DNA from: a virus
Lineage: Duplodnaviria; Caudoviricetes
IMG/VR virus record: IMGVR_UViG_3300032225_001635
Span: 1 to 32,615 of that record
DNA: 32,615 nt
Reading direction: 5' to 3' (one strand)
Shown here: in pieces, positions 1 through 10,062 of the stretch
How positions within the stretch are numbered: the first letter of the stretch is position 1
Layout of the letters: each line of letters opens with the position of its first letter
The notes under the pieces: model-generated
What the model saw: the letters and a program-made list of their open reading frames with translations, nothing else
What the model was told of the DNA's origin: nothing
Database searches by the model: none
Translations under genes and position numbers: made by a program

Positions 1-2589
1 ATTTTGATTTACATTTTGATTAGGTGGATGTTGTGTATTCCATATATCCCAATTACCTAAATATGGATTATAATTATCTGTAAAGTATTGATGTACATCT
101 ACTACACTACCGCTTAATTCACCTGTAAAATATGGTTTTTTATTTCCTTGTAATTGAGTATATAACGGATTATAAGGTGATGTTATAGTTGAAGCAGAGT
201 ATTGAGCTGTTAATACACTTTGTGTATAAACTTGTGGTATTGAATAAACTACTTTATTACGCTCTAATACAGGTGAATTTATGGTAACTCCTGTTGATAA
301 ACTTGTACGCTCAGGAGTAAAATCTTCAAGCATCTTAAATAATGAATTATCAAAGAACTCTATTAATCTAACAAAACCATTATAATCTAATGCGGACGCT
401 GTAAATGGAGCAAATCCACTAACACCTGTTTCAAAGTATAATTTACGTTGATTATTTAAATCAGGATATGAAGAACTATACTGTTGTCTAGGATCACCTA
501 TATAGTCATCTAAGCTCCAAGTAGAATTATTAGAAGATATAGCTCCTGAAATGTAAGTATCAATTTGTGATTGTGGTGAGAAAGATATATCTACATAATG
601 CATATCATTTTCTCTAAATTGATTAGATGCAGTTGGATATGTTTGTAAACTTAATAATGGAGATAATACATTTCCATATATTGTATTAGGTATAATTCTT
701 GTTTTATCATTATTATATCCATCTATTAATCCTGCTTTAGTACCACCACCAAATTCTTTAACATTTAGTATACTAGACGTAGTAGAACTACCTGTAGGAG
801 TATAGAACGATTCATTACCTACGGTATAATATGTTTTATTTGGAATACCGAATACAGTCATTAAGTTATCTAACCCAGCAACTGTACCTTTTGTTTTTAA
901 TAATAAAGGTAAATTATGGTAGATACGTTTATATAATTCCGATATTAAATCTTTACGTGGTATATTATTTAAATAAGATCCAGTAATTGAAAAATCATTA
1001 TTAAATATAGAACTGCCTGTATTAGCGCCTATTAAGTATTGATCTACACTTTCACCTGCTTGACTATTATATAGTTTAATACCTAAAGATTGTAATTGAT
1101 TATATACTAGATCTTTAGATATACCTACATTTAAATTATTATTTGCTAAGTTAATATCAGTAATAGATTTAAGATAAATCCATATGTTATCAAAGTATTG
1201 ACCTAACATATTAAGAAAAACAAAATACGGTTGATTATTTTCATCGTCCTTTAAAAATGTAGGAACAGCATATTTTAAATTATCATAATTGTTATTATCA
1301 TAAACTAAAGCAGAAGCAGTTAAAGCATTATACCATGTAATTACGGCAGCTGATCCTGTTGATAATAGTTCGTATGGTTTAAATGACCCTGATTTAGGCC
1401 AAGCATATGAGCTAGATTCAAAATATAGATATGATTCATATCCATCAAACTGAGAAATAAGTGTATTGATACTAGCTGAGTATTGATTAATTTCATTTTG
1501 AAGACTAGCAGTTGTAGCAACAAATGGAGTATACTTAGTTATAATGTTATCATATGCTTCAATTTGTTGTACTTTACCATAAAAATTATTAACACGACTA
1601 TAAGCAGAACCAAAAAATACAAAATTATCAAAATTAGTATAATCAACATTTATTTGAATACTTTGTGTATTCATTAAATTTAATATCTGATGGTATGATG
1701 TATTTTGTAATGATTGTAAACTACTTATTGCTGTAGCGTAGTCTGTATATGCTGTTGATACTGTATTCTGATTAGGAATAGTAATATCAAAGTTAGGACC
1801 TCTTAATGTAGGAGGAGGTGGTGGAATAACAAATTTATCTAAATTAATATCAAATACATAAGGGTTAACTTTTTCTTCTACAACCCATAGTGTTTGTTTT
1901 TCCTGTATGTTTAAAGGTAACGGCTCATATAATTTAAATAATACTTCATACCCACCAGGTGCTTTATTTAAAGCAATATTAATGGCTAATACTTGATTAT
2001 TATTACCAAAATTTAATAAATAATCTACATAATAATTAGCCGTATTTATTTCATTTATTAAAGATGTTACTACAGTTTCAATTTCTTCATTACTAAGAGT
2101 AACAGATCCTAATCTTATTTCTGTTCTATCTTGTGAAATTTCTTTAATAAATAATGCTTCATCTATGTTATTAGATAATATATTATGAAAAAGATTATAT
2201 CTAACTTTAAATTCACCTGATGAGTACCCAGCATCTTGTAAATCTTTGACAGGATCTATTTCAATAACAGGATATAATGAACTTGTAGGAGTAGATAAAG
2301 TTGATATAACACCTACATTTTCTGTTTGAATATTTCCCGTTGTATTTATTGGATTTATTGTTCCTGGAGTTAATCCTATATTAGCTGGTAATTTATAATT
2401 AAGATAATTATAATTAATACTTAATAGATTACCTGCTATATCATATATATAAAACTCAATATAGTCATTTTTCCCACCAAAGTTTTCACTTAATTTTCGA
2501 GATGGAATTAAATTAATATCATTAATATTATAACGAGAAATTGTTGTAGTATCAATAATATTACCTACTATCTTTATATTATTAGCCAT
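1..2589 (-). CDS. Large baseplate/tail structural protein (wedge-like), >863 aa, truncated at the window edge
   Basis: Not in the ORF track. ATG at 2589 overlaps the TAA of the upstream gene. Manual translation: MANNIKIVGNIIDTTTISRYNINDINLIP...FLNMLGQYFDNIWIY...ELYKRIYHNLPLLLKTKGTVAGLDNLMTVFGIP... The 'YKRI..NLP.LLKTKGT..GL' segment resembles the P2 gpI / T4 gp7-type wedge motif. Lies in the baseplate operon. Confidence 0.8.
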   Translation of the reverse strand, partial: MANNIKIVGNIIDTTTISRYNINDINLIPSRKLSENFGGKNDYIEFYIYDIAGNLLSINYNYLNYKLPANIGLTPGTINPINTTGNIQTENVGVISTLSTPTSSLYPVIEIDPVKDLQDAGYSSGEFKVRYNLFHNILSNNIDEALFIKEISQDRTEIRLGSVTLSNEEIETVVTSLINEINTANYYVDYLLNFGNNNQVLAINIALNKAPGGYEVLFKLYEPLPLNIQEKQTLWVVEEKVNPYVFDINLDKFVIPPPPPTLRGPNFDITIPNQNTVSTAYTDYATAISSLQSLQNTSYHQILNLMNTQSIQINVDYTNFDNFVFFGSAYSRVNNFYGKVQQIEAYDNIITKYTPFVATTASLQNEINQYSASINTLISQFDGYESYLYFESSSYAWPKSGSFKPYELLSTGSAAVITWYNALTASALVYDNNNYDNLKYAVPTFLKDDENNQPYFVFLNMLGQYFDNIWIYLKSITDINLANNNLNVGISKDLVYNQLQSLGIKLYNSQAGESVDQYLIGANTGSSIFNNDFSITGSYLNNIPRKDLISELYKRIYHNLPLLLKTKGTVAGLDNLMTVFGIPNKTYYTVGNESFYTPTGSSTTSSILNVKEFGGGTKAGLIDGYNNDKTRIIPNTIYGNVLSPLLSLQTYPTASNQFRENDMHYVDISFSPQSQIDTYISGAISSNNSTWSLDDYIGDPRQQYSSSYPDLNNQRKLYFETGVSGFAPFTASALDYNGFVRLIEFFDNSLFKMLEDFTPERTSLSTGVTINSPVLERNKVVYSIPQVYTQSVLTAQYSASTITSPYNPLYTQLQGNKKPYFTGELSGSVVDVHQYFTDNYNPYLGNWDIWNTQHPPNQNVNQN

Positions 2590-2930
2590 TATTTTTTAAA
2601 TGTTTTACTTATTTCATCAAGTGCTGTTTGAGTATCTAGTACTTGTTGTCGTAATGTTGTAATTTCTTCTAGTAACGCCTGAATATCATCCTGGTTAACT
2701 ATTACTCCTAAATAATCTGCTTCTTTTTCTAAAATAAATCTATGAGAATCAGCGTCACCTTCTTTAGGAATTTGATAGAATAATTGTTCATACAATTGAA
2801 AGAAATCTTCTAGTGTAAATACAGGAGTTTCTTCAGATACATTATTCAATAATTGACTAAACTGAGTATCAATTACTTTACCAAACGCGTTTTTATCAAA
2901 TACTTGTTTTTCTATTGGAATTTGAGACAT
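2589..2930 (-). CDS. Hypothetical protein in baseplate operon, C-terminal coiled coil
   Basis: 113 aa ORF tightly coupled to both neighbours. Confidence 0.75.
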   Translation of the reverse strand: MSQIPIEKQVFDKNAFGKVIDTQFSQLLNNVSEETPVFTLEDFFQLYEQLFYQIPKEGDADSHRFILEKEADYLGVIVNQDDIQALLEEITTLRQQVLDTQTALDEISKTFKK

Positions 2931-2931
2931 A

Positions 2932-4056
2932 TTATCTTATAACTTTAAAGTAATAATTATCATCTAATACTAATGTAGTGTCTGCTATAGTAGTTTTAAT
3001 TAATATTTTATAATAACGTTCTGGTTCTAATCCGTTCATATATACATCAAAATACATTCCTGTAGGGTCACAACTTATTTTTGTATATGTTGTATCGTAA
3101 TCTACGACTATTTCTTCGGTATCCAAATCTTTTATTTGATAGTACGATTCTTCTGGTAGTGCTTTATTAATTAAATAAACAGAAGTAGACTGAAATGCTC
3201 TAGCGGGGAATTTATCTCTTACATTTATTCTAAAACGTTGTACTGAGTCTTGTTGATATTCACTTTGGTTATTAGCTAATGTAGCAACTATACTAGGTGA
3301 AGTAGCAACAGATAATGATCCTGTATTATATGCCCAATCATCCCATCTTATTTCTAAACAGGGTGGATAAATTGTATGGGTATTTCCTGAGAAGTATTTT
3401 AGTGAAGGAAATGTAGAAGATACAAATTCTAAAGTATTATTAAATTTTAGTATAAAACCGTTATTTGTAGTTGGATTGCCAACCCAATTATCAACTATAA
3501 AAGTAACATCTAAGTCTATATCTTTAGATGATATATTATTAAAAGATTGAGTAGCAAATAAAGTAGGATCATTAGTTACTCGCCTATAATCTAGCCATAA
3601 CCCACCACCATCATTATTTCCAGTACCATCATCATGATATTCAACATAAGGATTAGGAAGATTATTAGGATAGTACCATATATTTCCTCCTAATTGATCA
3701 GTATATCTCCAACTAACTCCATCTGTTGTAATTGGTGTATTAGATGAACGTCCTGTTCCTACATTCCATTCATTATATATTGGATAGCAATATATAGAAT
3801 AATCAGATGCTAAATTTTTAGCTGTGGCTAGGGATAAACGTAAATGTGCTTCCCAATTGTTATTAAGAACAAAATTTTGAAAGATAGTATTTATTTCATC
3901 TTGAGGGAACTGGATAATAGGACGTGATACTTCATACGCCCCATCAAGTGTTTGATAAAGACTTAATTCTAGTATTTCATCTACCCCAGAGTTTAATGTA
4001 GGTTCAGATGAATAAAGTGTTGCACTTTTTTCAGGAAATATTTTATATATAGCCAT
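2932..4056 (-). CDS. Putative virion protein with DNRLRE/CBM96-like beta-sandwich domain
   Basis: 374 aa; pattern 'ATLYS..PTLNSG.DEILE...SRPIIQF...W..GTG...GVSW...DVT.IV.NW...NNGFILK...YFS..T....PP.LEI.W' recalled from DNRLRE-type domains; ATATTTAT motif at 4076-4083. Confidence 0.55.
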   Translation of the reverse strand: MAIYKIFPEKSATLYSSEPTLNSGVDEILELSLYQTLDGAYEVSRPIIQFPQDEINTIFQNFVLNNNWEAHLRLSLATAKNLASDYSIYCYPIYNEWNVGTGRSSNTPITTDGVSWRYTDQLGGNIWYYPNNLPNPYVEYHDDGTGNNDGGGLWLDYRRVTNDPTLFATQSFNNISSKDIDLDVTFIVDNWVGNPTTNNGFILKFNNTLEFVSSTFPSLKYFSGNTHTIYPPCLEIRWDDWAYNTGSLSVATSPSIVATLANNQSEYQQDSVQRFRINVRDKFPARAFQSTSVYLINKALPEESYYQIKDLDTEEIVVDYDTTYTKISCDPTGMYFDVYMNGLEPERYYKILIKTTIADTTLVLDDNYYFKVIR

Positions 4057-4099
4057 AATTAATTAGTTACTATATATAAATATTATATATTTTAAATGT

Positions 4100-5923
4100 T
4101 TAAACAGCTACTACTCTTCCTTGAATATCAATATTTGGGTATCTTACTTCAAAAATACTTGGATCTACTGATGGGTATATATTACCTTGTCTAGTTGCTC
4201 CTGGTATGTCATATGCGTATTGAGAATATATACCTCCCTGTTTATTAGTAAATTCTAGTTTTATTACTGATTGGACACCGTTTACATTTAAAATTTGAGA
4301 TTGTACATCGGAAATTATTATAGGTTGATTAATATTCCATCTTTCAATATTAAAGAAATCTTTTAGCGCCATAATACAATTAGATACAATTGTGTTATTG
4401 TTATATCCACTTTTAATACTAATATCAAAATTAATACCTATGTTAATATAAAACGCGTCTTTAACATTTACCGCATCAGTAACCATTCTAAACTGGTTAA
4501 TGTATGTTACTAGGTTATTTTTTAAGTTAGTAGATGCAGTCACTAATGTTTTATCAGAATTATATCCTAATATGTACATATCTAATGATAATGGATTACG
4601 CTCTTCAACATAAGCTACAGTTTGAGTTGGGATTAATTCACGAGATGGATCTTGAGTTACGTATACTTTAGCTACACTACCATAATCAGAAGGTAAAGAT
4701 AATGCACGTACCATATAATCTTCTCTAGTTACAGCGCGTAACTGTGATTGATATGCGTTTAAAGCATTATTACGTATTTCTTCAACTTGATCTCCACTTC
4801 TACCTCCAGATGCAGGTATTGGATTAGTTACAGCTAAACTAGGTTTAACTATATTATTTGCCAAATTATTATTAATTCCACTTTGAAAATAAACTCCTGA
4901 TCTATCTATAGTAGTGATTGTATTTGCGTTTGTATTTGCTGTTAATCCTCCTCCTACTAAATAACGAATAGTTATATTATTACTTGGAGCTAAACCATAT
5001 TCCTGAGTATAAAATACAGATGCTTTATTAAAATCACCATATAAATTTGATATACCTGGTACTAAACCTAATCGTATATTATCAGGTGTAGGTAAAATAG
5101 TTTGATCAGATTTGTTAGCCATACCTGCTCCAAATTCTAATTGCATTGTACCATCAGATAAAAAACGAGACACATAACGACGTGGTACTCTTTTTAATTG
5201 CATTAAATATGGTACTTGATCTGTACTAGCGTTTGGATTAGCTATTTTATCGAATACTGTAGCTTGAGCTAAATATGGAACCTCATACCATTTATTTCCT
5301 TGAGTATCAGTAGCATCTAGTATTTGTAATATATTAGAATCTGTTATAGTAGCTATAGAGAATTTCTGCGGCGAATTAAAATTTATAGTAGTAGACTTAA
5401 TCTCAGCTGATATTGCTTTTACTTGTTTTTTAAGCAAGAAATAATTATTATCAGCTAACGTTATTTCAGTATTAATACCATCAGCAAAATTTATTTTTTC
5501 TGTTGTTAAAAATTTAGTTCCGTATCCGTTTGATGTTAAGACTGTATTTTCAGGTACAGTTAAAGCATAAGTATAGTCTGGTTGAGACGGAGAAGTAATA
5601 GACGATGCCGGTATTAATTGATATACATCAATAGTGGTAGTAGCGGCATATGATATTTTAGGTCTATATCCTAACATATATGATAAAGCAAATAAATTTT
5701 CTTTTTCTTTAGCATATAATAAGAAATTCTCTTGTACTTGAGTATCTAAATAAAATGACATTACATCACCAACATAGGCTGCCATTTCAATAAGCATAAT
5801 ACCAGGAGATGCTTCTGAAAAGTCATTATATGTTGTAGGAAAATAAGTTTTGGTATAGTTTATAAGATTAGTCTTAAACTCTCCAAAAGTTTTATTTAAA
5901 TATGATACATTATTATCTGTCAT
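4100..5923 (-). CDS. Baseplate wedge subunit (T4 gp6 / Baseplate J-like)
   Basis: 607 aa; N-terminal 'F...KTNLINY.KTYFP.TYNDFSEASPG.MLIEMAAYVGDVMSFYLD' and 'ASGG.....EEIR.NA...YQSQ.RAVT.EDY' are typical gp6/J motifs; directly downstream of the gp25-like gene. Confidence 0.85.
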   Translation of the reverse strand: MTDNNVSYLNKTFGEFKTNLINYTKTYFPTTYNDFSEASPGIMLIEMAAYVGDVMSFYLDTQVQENFLLYAKEKENLFALSYMLGYRPKISYAATTTIDVYQLIPASSITSPSQPDYTYALTVPENTVLTSNGYGTKFLTTEKINFADGINTEITLADNNYFLLKKQVKAISAEIKSTTINFNSPQKFSIATITDSNILQILDATDTQGNKWYEVPYLAQATVFDKIANPNASTDQVPYLMQLKRVPRRYVSRFLSDGTMQLEFGAGMANKSDQTILPTPDNIRLGLVPGISNLYGDFNKASVFYTQEYGLAPSNNITIRYLVGGGLTANTNANTITTIDRSGVYFQSGINNNLANNIVKPSLAVTNPIPASGGRSGDQVEEIRNNALNAYQSQLRAVTREDYMVRALSLPSDYGSVAKVYVTQDPSRELIPTQTVAYVEERNPLSLDMYILGYNSDKTLVTASTNLKNNLVTYINQFRMVTDAVNVKDAFYINIGINFDISIKSGYNNNTIVSNCIMALKDFFNIERWNINQPIIISDVQSQILNVNGVQSVIKLEFTNKQGGIYSQYAYDIPGATRQGNIYPSVDPSIFEVRYPNIDIQGRVVAV

Positions 5924-5924
5924 T

Positions 5925-6335
5925 TTATATAAATTGTACGGTAATTTGATCTGTTTTATTAGATATATTTATTCTATATTGTACATTAACAGATAAAGAA
6001 TTATTATCTTTGTCTTGTACTATATCTAAATTTGTTATTGTTACATCAGGAACAAATATTGCTGTATTAGTAGTAATTAAACTTCTAATCTCATTGTCAG
6101 TATCTTCATTTAATCCTTCAAACAATACTATTCTTAAATCAGAACCAAACTCAGGATTAAATACACGTTCACCTTTATTTGTAAGTAAAAGATTAATTAA
6201 ATTAGATTTAATTTGATCATATGTACTATATGTGCTATTAAAAGCAACAGGTCCATTAAAAGGTAAAGGTATCCCAATTGCAATATTACCTTGCAAATCT
6301 AATGGATTAACCTGAGTTGTTAAAGGTATTGGCAT
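5925..6335 (-). CDS. Baseplate protein, gp25/GPW-like
   Basis: 136 aa with 'QIKSNLINLLLTNKGERVFNPEFGSDL', the gp25/GPW signature. Confidence 0.9.
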   Translation of the reverse strand: MPIPLTTQVNPLDLQGNIAIGIPLPFNGPVAFNSTYSTYDQIKSNLINLLLTNKGERVFNPEFGSDLRIVLFEGLNEDTDNEIRSLITTNTAIFVPDVTITNLDIVQDKDNNSLSVNVQYRINISNKTDQITVQFI

Positions 6336-6336
6336 A

Positions 6337-6696
6337 TTAATCTAAATTTCTTAATCCGGATCTATCCATTGGTGACATATTAGCAGCGGCGTCTGCTATG
6401 AAATTTAAATAAGGATTAACTTTTTCACCCGTTGATTCATCTACAGCATCAATTACTTTTAATGCCGGTTGCGGCGGTTGAAATCCAAACTCAGCTCCCA
6501 TTCTAGCTATCAATGAACTACGTACATCCCCAGATAAAGGTACAGCGTCTGCACTTGTAAAATTAAATGTTTTATCTTCACGGAGTGGTTGTTTATTTTG
6601 GCTTGCTAATACTTCGCTTAGTATTTCTGGTAATTCTTCGTAAATAGCTTCAGCTACTGCTTCTTTAATTAATTTTTTAAATAATTTAACATTCAT
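6337..6696 (-). CDS. Hypothetical late protein with N-terminal 'KKLIKEAVAEAIYEE' helix
   Basis: 119 aa ORF; ATATTTAT motif at 6701-6708 just upstream. Confidence 0.7.
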   Translation of the reverse strand: MNVKLFKKLIKEAVAEAIYEELPEILSEVLASQNKQPLREDKTFNFTSADAVPLSGDVRSSLIARMGAEFGFQPPQPALKVIDAVDESTGEKVNPYLNFIADAAANMSPMDRSGLRNLD

Positions 6697-6709
6697 ATAT
6701 ATAAATATT

Positions 6710-8065
6710 TTAAGCTTGTAAATTTTGTTGGTCTATTACTAATTTTAATTGCGATATTAAATCATTTGGGTCTAATGTAAATGAATACTCACTTTTTAAT
6801 ACATCTACATTGTACTTATCAATTGCAACAGCGTAATGACGTTTAAATCCTCCTACAGTTACTCCACCAAAACTAGTATCTTCTCGTATAGCGAATTTAA
6901 ATCCTTTATACTCATCAAAAGTAGACCCAAATGTAAAACCACTCCTATTAGTACTAGATAAATCACCATTTGTTATTGCTGCTGATTCTAATTGTCCGTT
7001 TATATCTAATAATTGAGATTTATAATCTTCTAATATAGAAATTGCTTTATCTAAAATATTTATTACTATAGGAATAAGGGCACTTAAAGCTAAAATTATT
7101 TGATTAGCTTTATCTAATATCTTAACTAATTTTATAATTAAATTAACTGGAATACCTATTCCAGGAGGTACAGATGTTGGAATTGGTATTGCAGATATTA
7201 TAGCTACTATAACGCTAAATATAGAAATGTAAATTGATATTCTTTTAATTTGAGTATTAATTTTATTTATTTTATCCTCATTATCTTGTATTATTCTAAT
7301 AGCGTTATCTCTAGCTAATTTAGCATTATTTAATTTAGTTGCATCTCCAGATTCATTAGCATCTAATATTATAGCATTTGTATCTCTTACTAGTTTTCCT
7401 ATTCTATCATTCCCAGCAATAATTTTAGCTATTTGATTTGTTAAAACTAAAGTTAAAATAGGTACTAAACTTTTTTTAGCATTTTGAAAAACAGTTTTTG
7501 CTAATGCTTTTCTTGCTTTACGACTTTCTTCTTTATTACGCTTTATTCGTTTTTTCTTTTTATCTTGTCTTTTCTTTTTAGCGTCTTTTTGTTTTTTAAA
7601 TGGATCTTTTAAATAATCATCAATTGCTTTTTGATTAACATCTTTTCGTTCTTGTAGATTTTTTTTAGCTTCCTCATAATTTTTATTTTCAGCATCAACT
7701 GCTTGTTGATATTGCTGGTCATTTAATTCCGCTGGTATGTCTACGGTTTGTCCATTTTGGATTTGTTTTTTAGGAGTATGTTTTATCTCTATTTTTTGTA
7801 GAGTAAGTTGGTGATTTATATCTAATTGTATTCCTTCTTGAACTAAACTTGCTTTTTCTTTATACAATTTAGCTATAGTAGATTGAGTAGCTGCTTTAAT
7901 TGCTTGCTGCGCAGCTATATTTATTGCTTGATCTCCAAAAGTAGATGGAGATGTTGAGTTTCGTAAATTAGATAATGTACTAGGTGTAGCTAACGAAGCT
8001 ACATTACCTGATATTGCAGGTTGAGCAGGTATATTAGGATTAGAAGGTGTAATTGAGTCTGCCAT
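6710..8065 (-). CDS. Coiled-coil protein with Lys-rich stretch and hydrophobic hairpin; probable virion/baseplate-associated protein
   Basis: 451 aa; KKQKDAKKKRQDKKKKRIKR tract; hydrophobic ISIYISIFSVIVAIISAIPIP...GIGIPVNLII segment; sits between the hub/spike-like and gp25-like genes. Confidence 0.65.
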   Translation of the reverse strand: MADSITPSNPNIPAQPAISGNVASLATPSTLSNLRNSTSPSTFGDQAINIAAQQAIKAATQSTIAKLYKEKASLVQEGIQLDINHQLTLQKIEIKHTPKKQIQNGQTVDIPAELNDQQYQQAVDAENKNYEEAKKNLQERKDVNQKAIDDYLKDPFKKQKDAKKKRQDKKKKRIKRNKEESRKARKALAKTVFQNAKKSLVPILTLVLTNQIAKIIAGNDRIGKLVRDTNAIILDANESGDATKLNNAKLARDNAIRIIQDNEDKINKINTQIKRISIYISIFSVIVAIISAIPIPTSVPPGIGIPVNLIIKLVKILDKANQIILALSALIPIVINILDKAISILEDYKSQLLDINGQLESAAITNGDLSSTNRSGFTFGSTFDEYKGFKFAIREDTSFGGVTVGGFKRHYAVAIDKYNVDVLKSEYSFTLDPNDLISQLKLVIDQQNLQA

Positions 8066-9228
8066 TATACTGTATATACTTTTTCTGATGTAATAGTATC
8101 CACTTTATTAAGTAGATTATCTATATCTGCAAATAATTGAGTTCCTCCGCTAACAACAGATACTATAGGACCATCTTTTGTACTTGCATTAGCTAAAAAA
8201 CCAGCTAAATTAGTTAATGCTCCAAATAACTCTAAAAATAAATCATATGTTTTATCTCCTAATAACACTGGTTCAGTCGGATAATCTCCATTTTCTTTAG
8301 TACCTAGGGCTATAGAAGGAGAATTAATATGTGCTACTTTACCAGCATTAATATTAATAATATTATCACTAGTTAATTCAATATTTGTTTTAGCAAATAA
8401 TAATACTTCGTCTTTTTTAGCATTAAGAGTAACTCTATCACTATTTAATATTAACTGAGATGAAATATAATTACTAGGTTTAACTGTATTAACTCTAGGA
8501 TTAATAATACTAGCTCCAGGTTCTAAAGGTAATTTTTGAGTTGATGTAAGATAAATAGATGATTTTTCCTTATTTATCTCTTCAATATTAGGTACAGATG
8601 AACCTGTATCTGTTGTTACATATCCATTTACTAATATAGTAATAGGATCACCATCGTTACCTATACTACTCCATTCATTAACATTAGAACGAGCTTTTAC
8701 TGTACTACCAAATCGTATACCATTTCCTTTTCTACCATGATATATTCTATCTCCATCAAATGATAATAATTTTCTAATATCAGATGTTTCAGTAAAAGTA
8801 TTACCTAAACTATCATCTGTTAAAGAATTTTGTTGATTACTATTCCATATATTAATAGTACCAGTGTAATATTTTTGATCGCTTTGATTATTAACTTGAC
8901 TAACAGGAGATGGTCCACTAACAAGATGAATTAATTCTCCTAATAAAGGATAATTTTGAGTATCAGGATGAAGTGGTTTTGCCACTTTACAAGAAGATAA
9001 ATTAACTCCACCTACAGAAATATTCTTAGATTGTTCATAATCTAAATACAGTACTGTTCCTACTCCATTCCACCCTCCATGTTTTTCAAATAATTCTTTA
9101 GATGGAGTATTTTCATCTAATACAACGCCAAATACCTTACCAATTTTTACTTTTGGTGTTGGTTGTGAAGAAGTTTTACTAGTAGCGGCTACTAATCCAC
9201 CTAAATTATCTCTAATTCTTATACTCAT
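8065..9228 (-). CDS. Probable baseplate hub/central spike (gp5/gpV-like OB-fold plus beta-strand repeats)
   Basis: 387 aa; N-terminal 'GKVFGVV...G.GTV......YPLLGELI' OB-fold-like part; C-terminal 'QLILNSDRVTLNAKKDEVLLFA..NIEL....ININ' beta repeats and 'EPVLLGD'; position upstream of gp25 and wedge. Confidence 0.6.
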   Translation of the reverse strand: MSIRIRDNLGGLVAATSKTSSQPTPKVKIGKVFGVVLDENTPSKELFEKHGGWNGVGTVLYLDYEQSKNISVGGVNLSSCKVAKPLHPDTQNYPLLGELIHLVSGPSPVSQVNNQSDQKYYTGTINIWNSNQQNSLTDDSLGNTFTETSDIRKLLSFDGDRIYHGRKGNGIRFGSTVKARSNVNEWSSIGNDGDPITILVNGYVTTDTGSSVPNIEEINKEKSSIYLTSTQKLPLEPGASIINPRVNTVKPSNYISSQLILNSDRVTLNAKKDEVLLFAKTNIELTSDNIININAGKVAHINSPSIALGTKENGDYPTEPVLLGDKTYDLFLELFGALTNLAGFLANASTKDGPIVSVVSGGTQLFADIDNLLNKVDTITSEKVYTV

Positions 9229-9620
9229 TTATTTTCAATTTGGTGTTGAATAGTTTCTGTTTGGTCTAATAATTTTTGACCTTCAATTTGTACAGCACGT
9301 TGTTCTTCTAATAACTGTTGTATTTCTGATGGGTCAAAAAATAATTCTTGACTATTAGAAGCGTTAGCAGTTGATGCACGTTGCGCAATACCTGCCATCT
9401 TAATTAATTGTTCGTTATTCTTTACATTAACATCAATTAAATCTTTAACAGTAGGCATAAGCATTACTGCAGATCCAGCGTTAGATGATGCTAATGGTTT
9501 AAGAGCATCAATAAGTTCATTGATTTGCTTATCAGTATCTTTAGTATGCCGGTGTGCTTGCTTAAATATATCAGATAGAGATGTAGTACCAAATAATACT
9601 ACGTCATTAAAATTAACCAT
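9225..9620 (-). CDS. Helical hypothetical protein
   Basis: 131 aa ORF overlapping the next gene by 4 nt. Confidence 0.7.
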   Translation of the reverse strand: MVNFNDVVLFGTTSLSDIFKQAHRHTKDTDKQINELIDALKPLASSNAGSAVMLMPTVKDLIDVNVKNNEQLIKMAGIAQRASTANASNSQELFFDPSEIQQLLEEQRAVQIEGQKLLDQTETIQHQIENK

Positions 9621-9621
9621 A

Positions 9622-10044
9622 TTATATTGTTTTTAAATCAGGATATAAATTATTTAAAATATCTTTGTCCATATCATAAGCTCCTCTTTTAGTATTAATA
9701 GTTATATTTAATATATAATCTTTTATATTAGGGATAGTTTTATAAATTCTTTCTTCCATTTCATCAACTCCAAATCCCATATTAAAAGGTTGAATTTTAT
9801 ATTTATTCGATAATTTATCGCCATCTATAGCTATTCTTACATCTGTATAAAAACCACCAACATCCCATCCGTTTTTATTTCTAGTAAAAGCATTAAATGG
9901 TCTAAGATCATTATTAGTAGCCCACATATCACTTGCTTTTAATATATTATTTTCAAGTATACTTATTAATTCTCCTGTTCTTGTAAAATGATATAAAATA
10001 CCTACTTGTTTAGCCTCATGTAATAAATTTATTAACTTTATCAT
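9622..10044 (-). CDS. Putative ADP-ribosyltransferase-fold protein with short 'MIKLINLLHE' leader
   Basis: 140 aa; 'LYHFT...L.SIL....L', 'AFTR' and 'DEMEERI' occur in the order of the ART H/S/ExE strands; ATATTTAT at 10049-10056. Confidence 0.5.
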   Translation of the reverse strand: MIKLINLLHEAKQVGILYHFTRTGELISILENNILKASDMWATNNDLRPFNAFTRNKNGWDVGGFYTDVRIAIDGDKLSNKYKIQPFNMGFGVDEMEERIYKTIPNIKDYILNITINTKRGAYDMDKDILNNLYPDLKTI

Positions 10045-10062
10045 ATCAATAAATATATACTT

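Noticed and set aside
1341-1677. Track ORFs 1341-1523 (-) and 1483-1677 (+)
   Set aside because: Both lie inside the long open minus-strand gene 1-2589; shadow ORFs.
9225-9620. Possible small terminase subunit
   Set aside because: Only a generic helical resemblance; no large terminase nearby.
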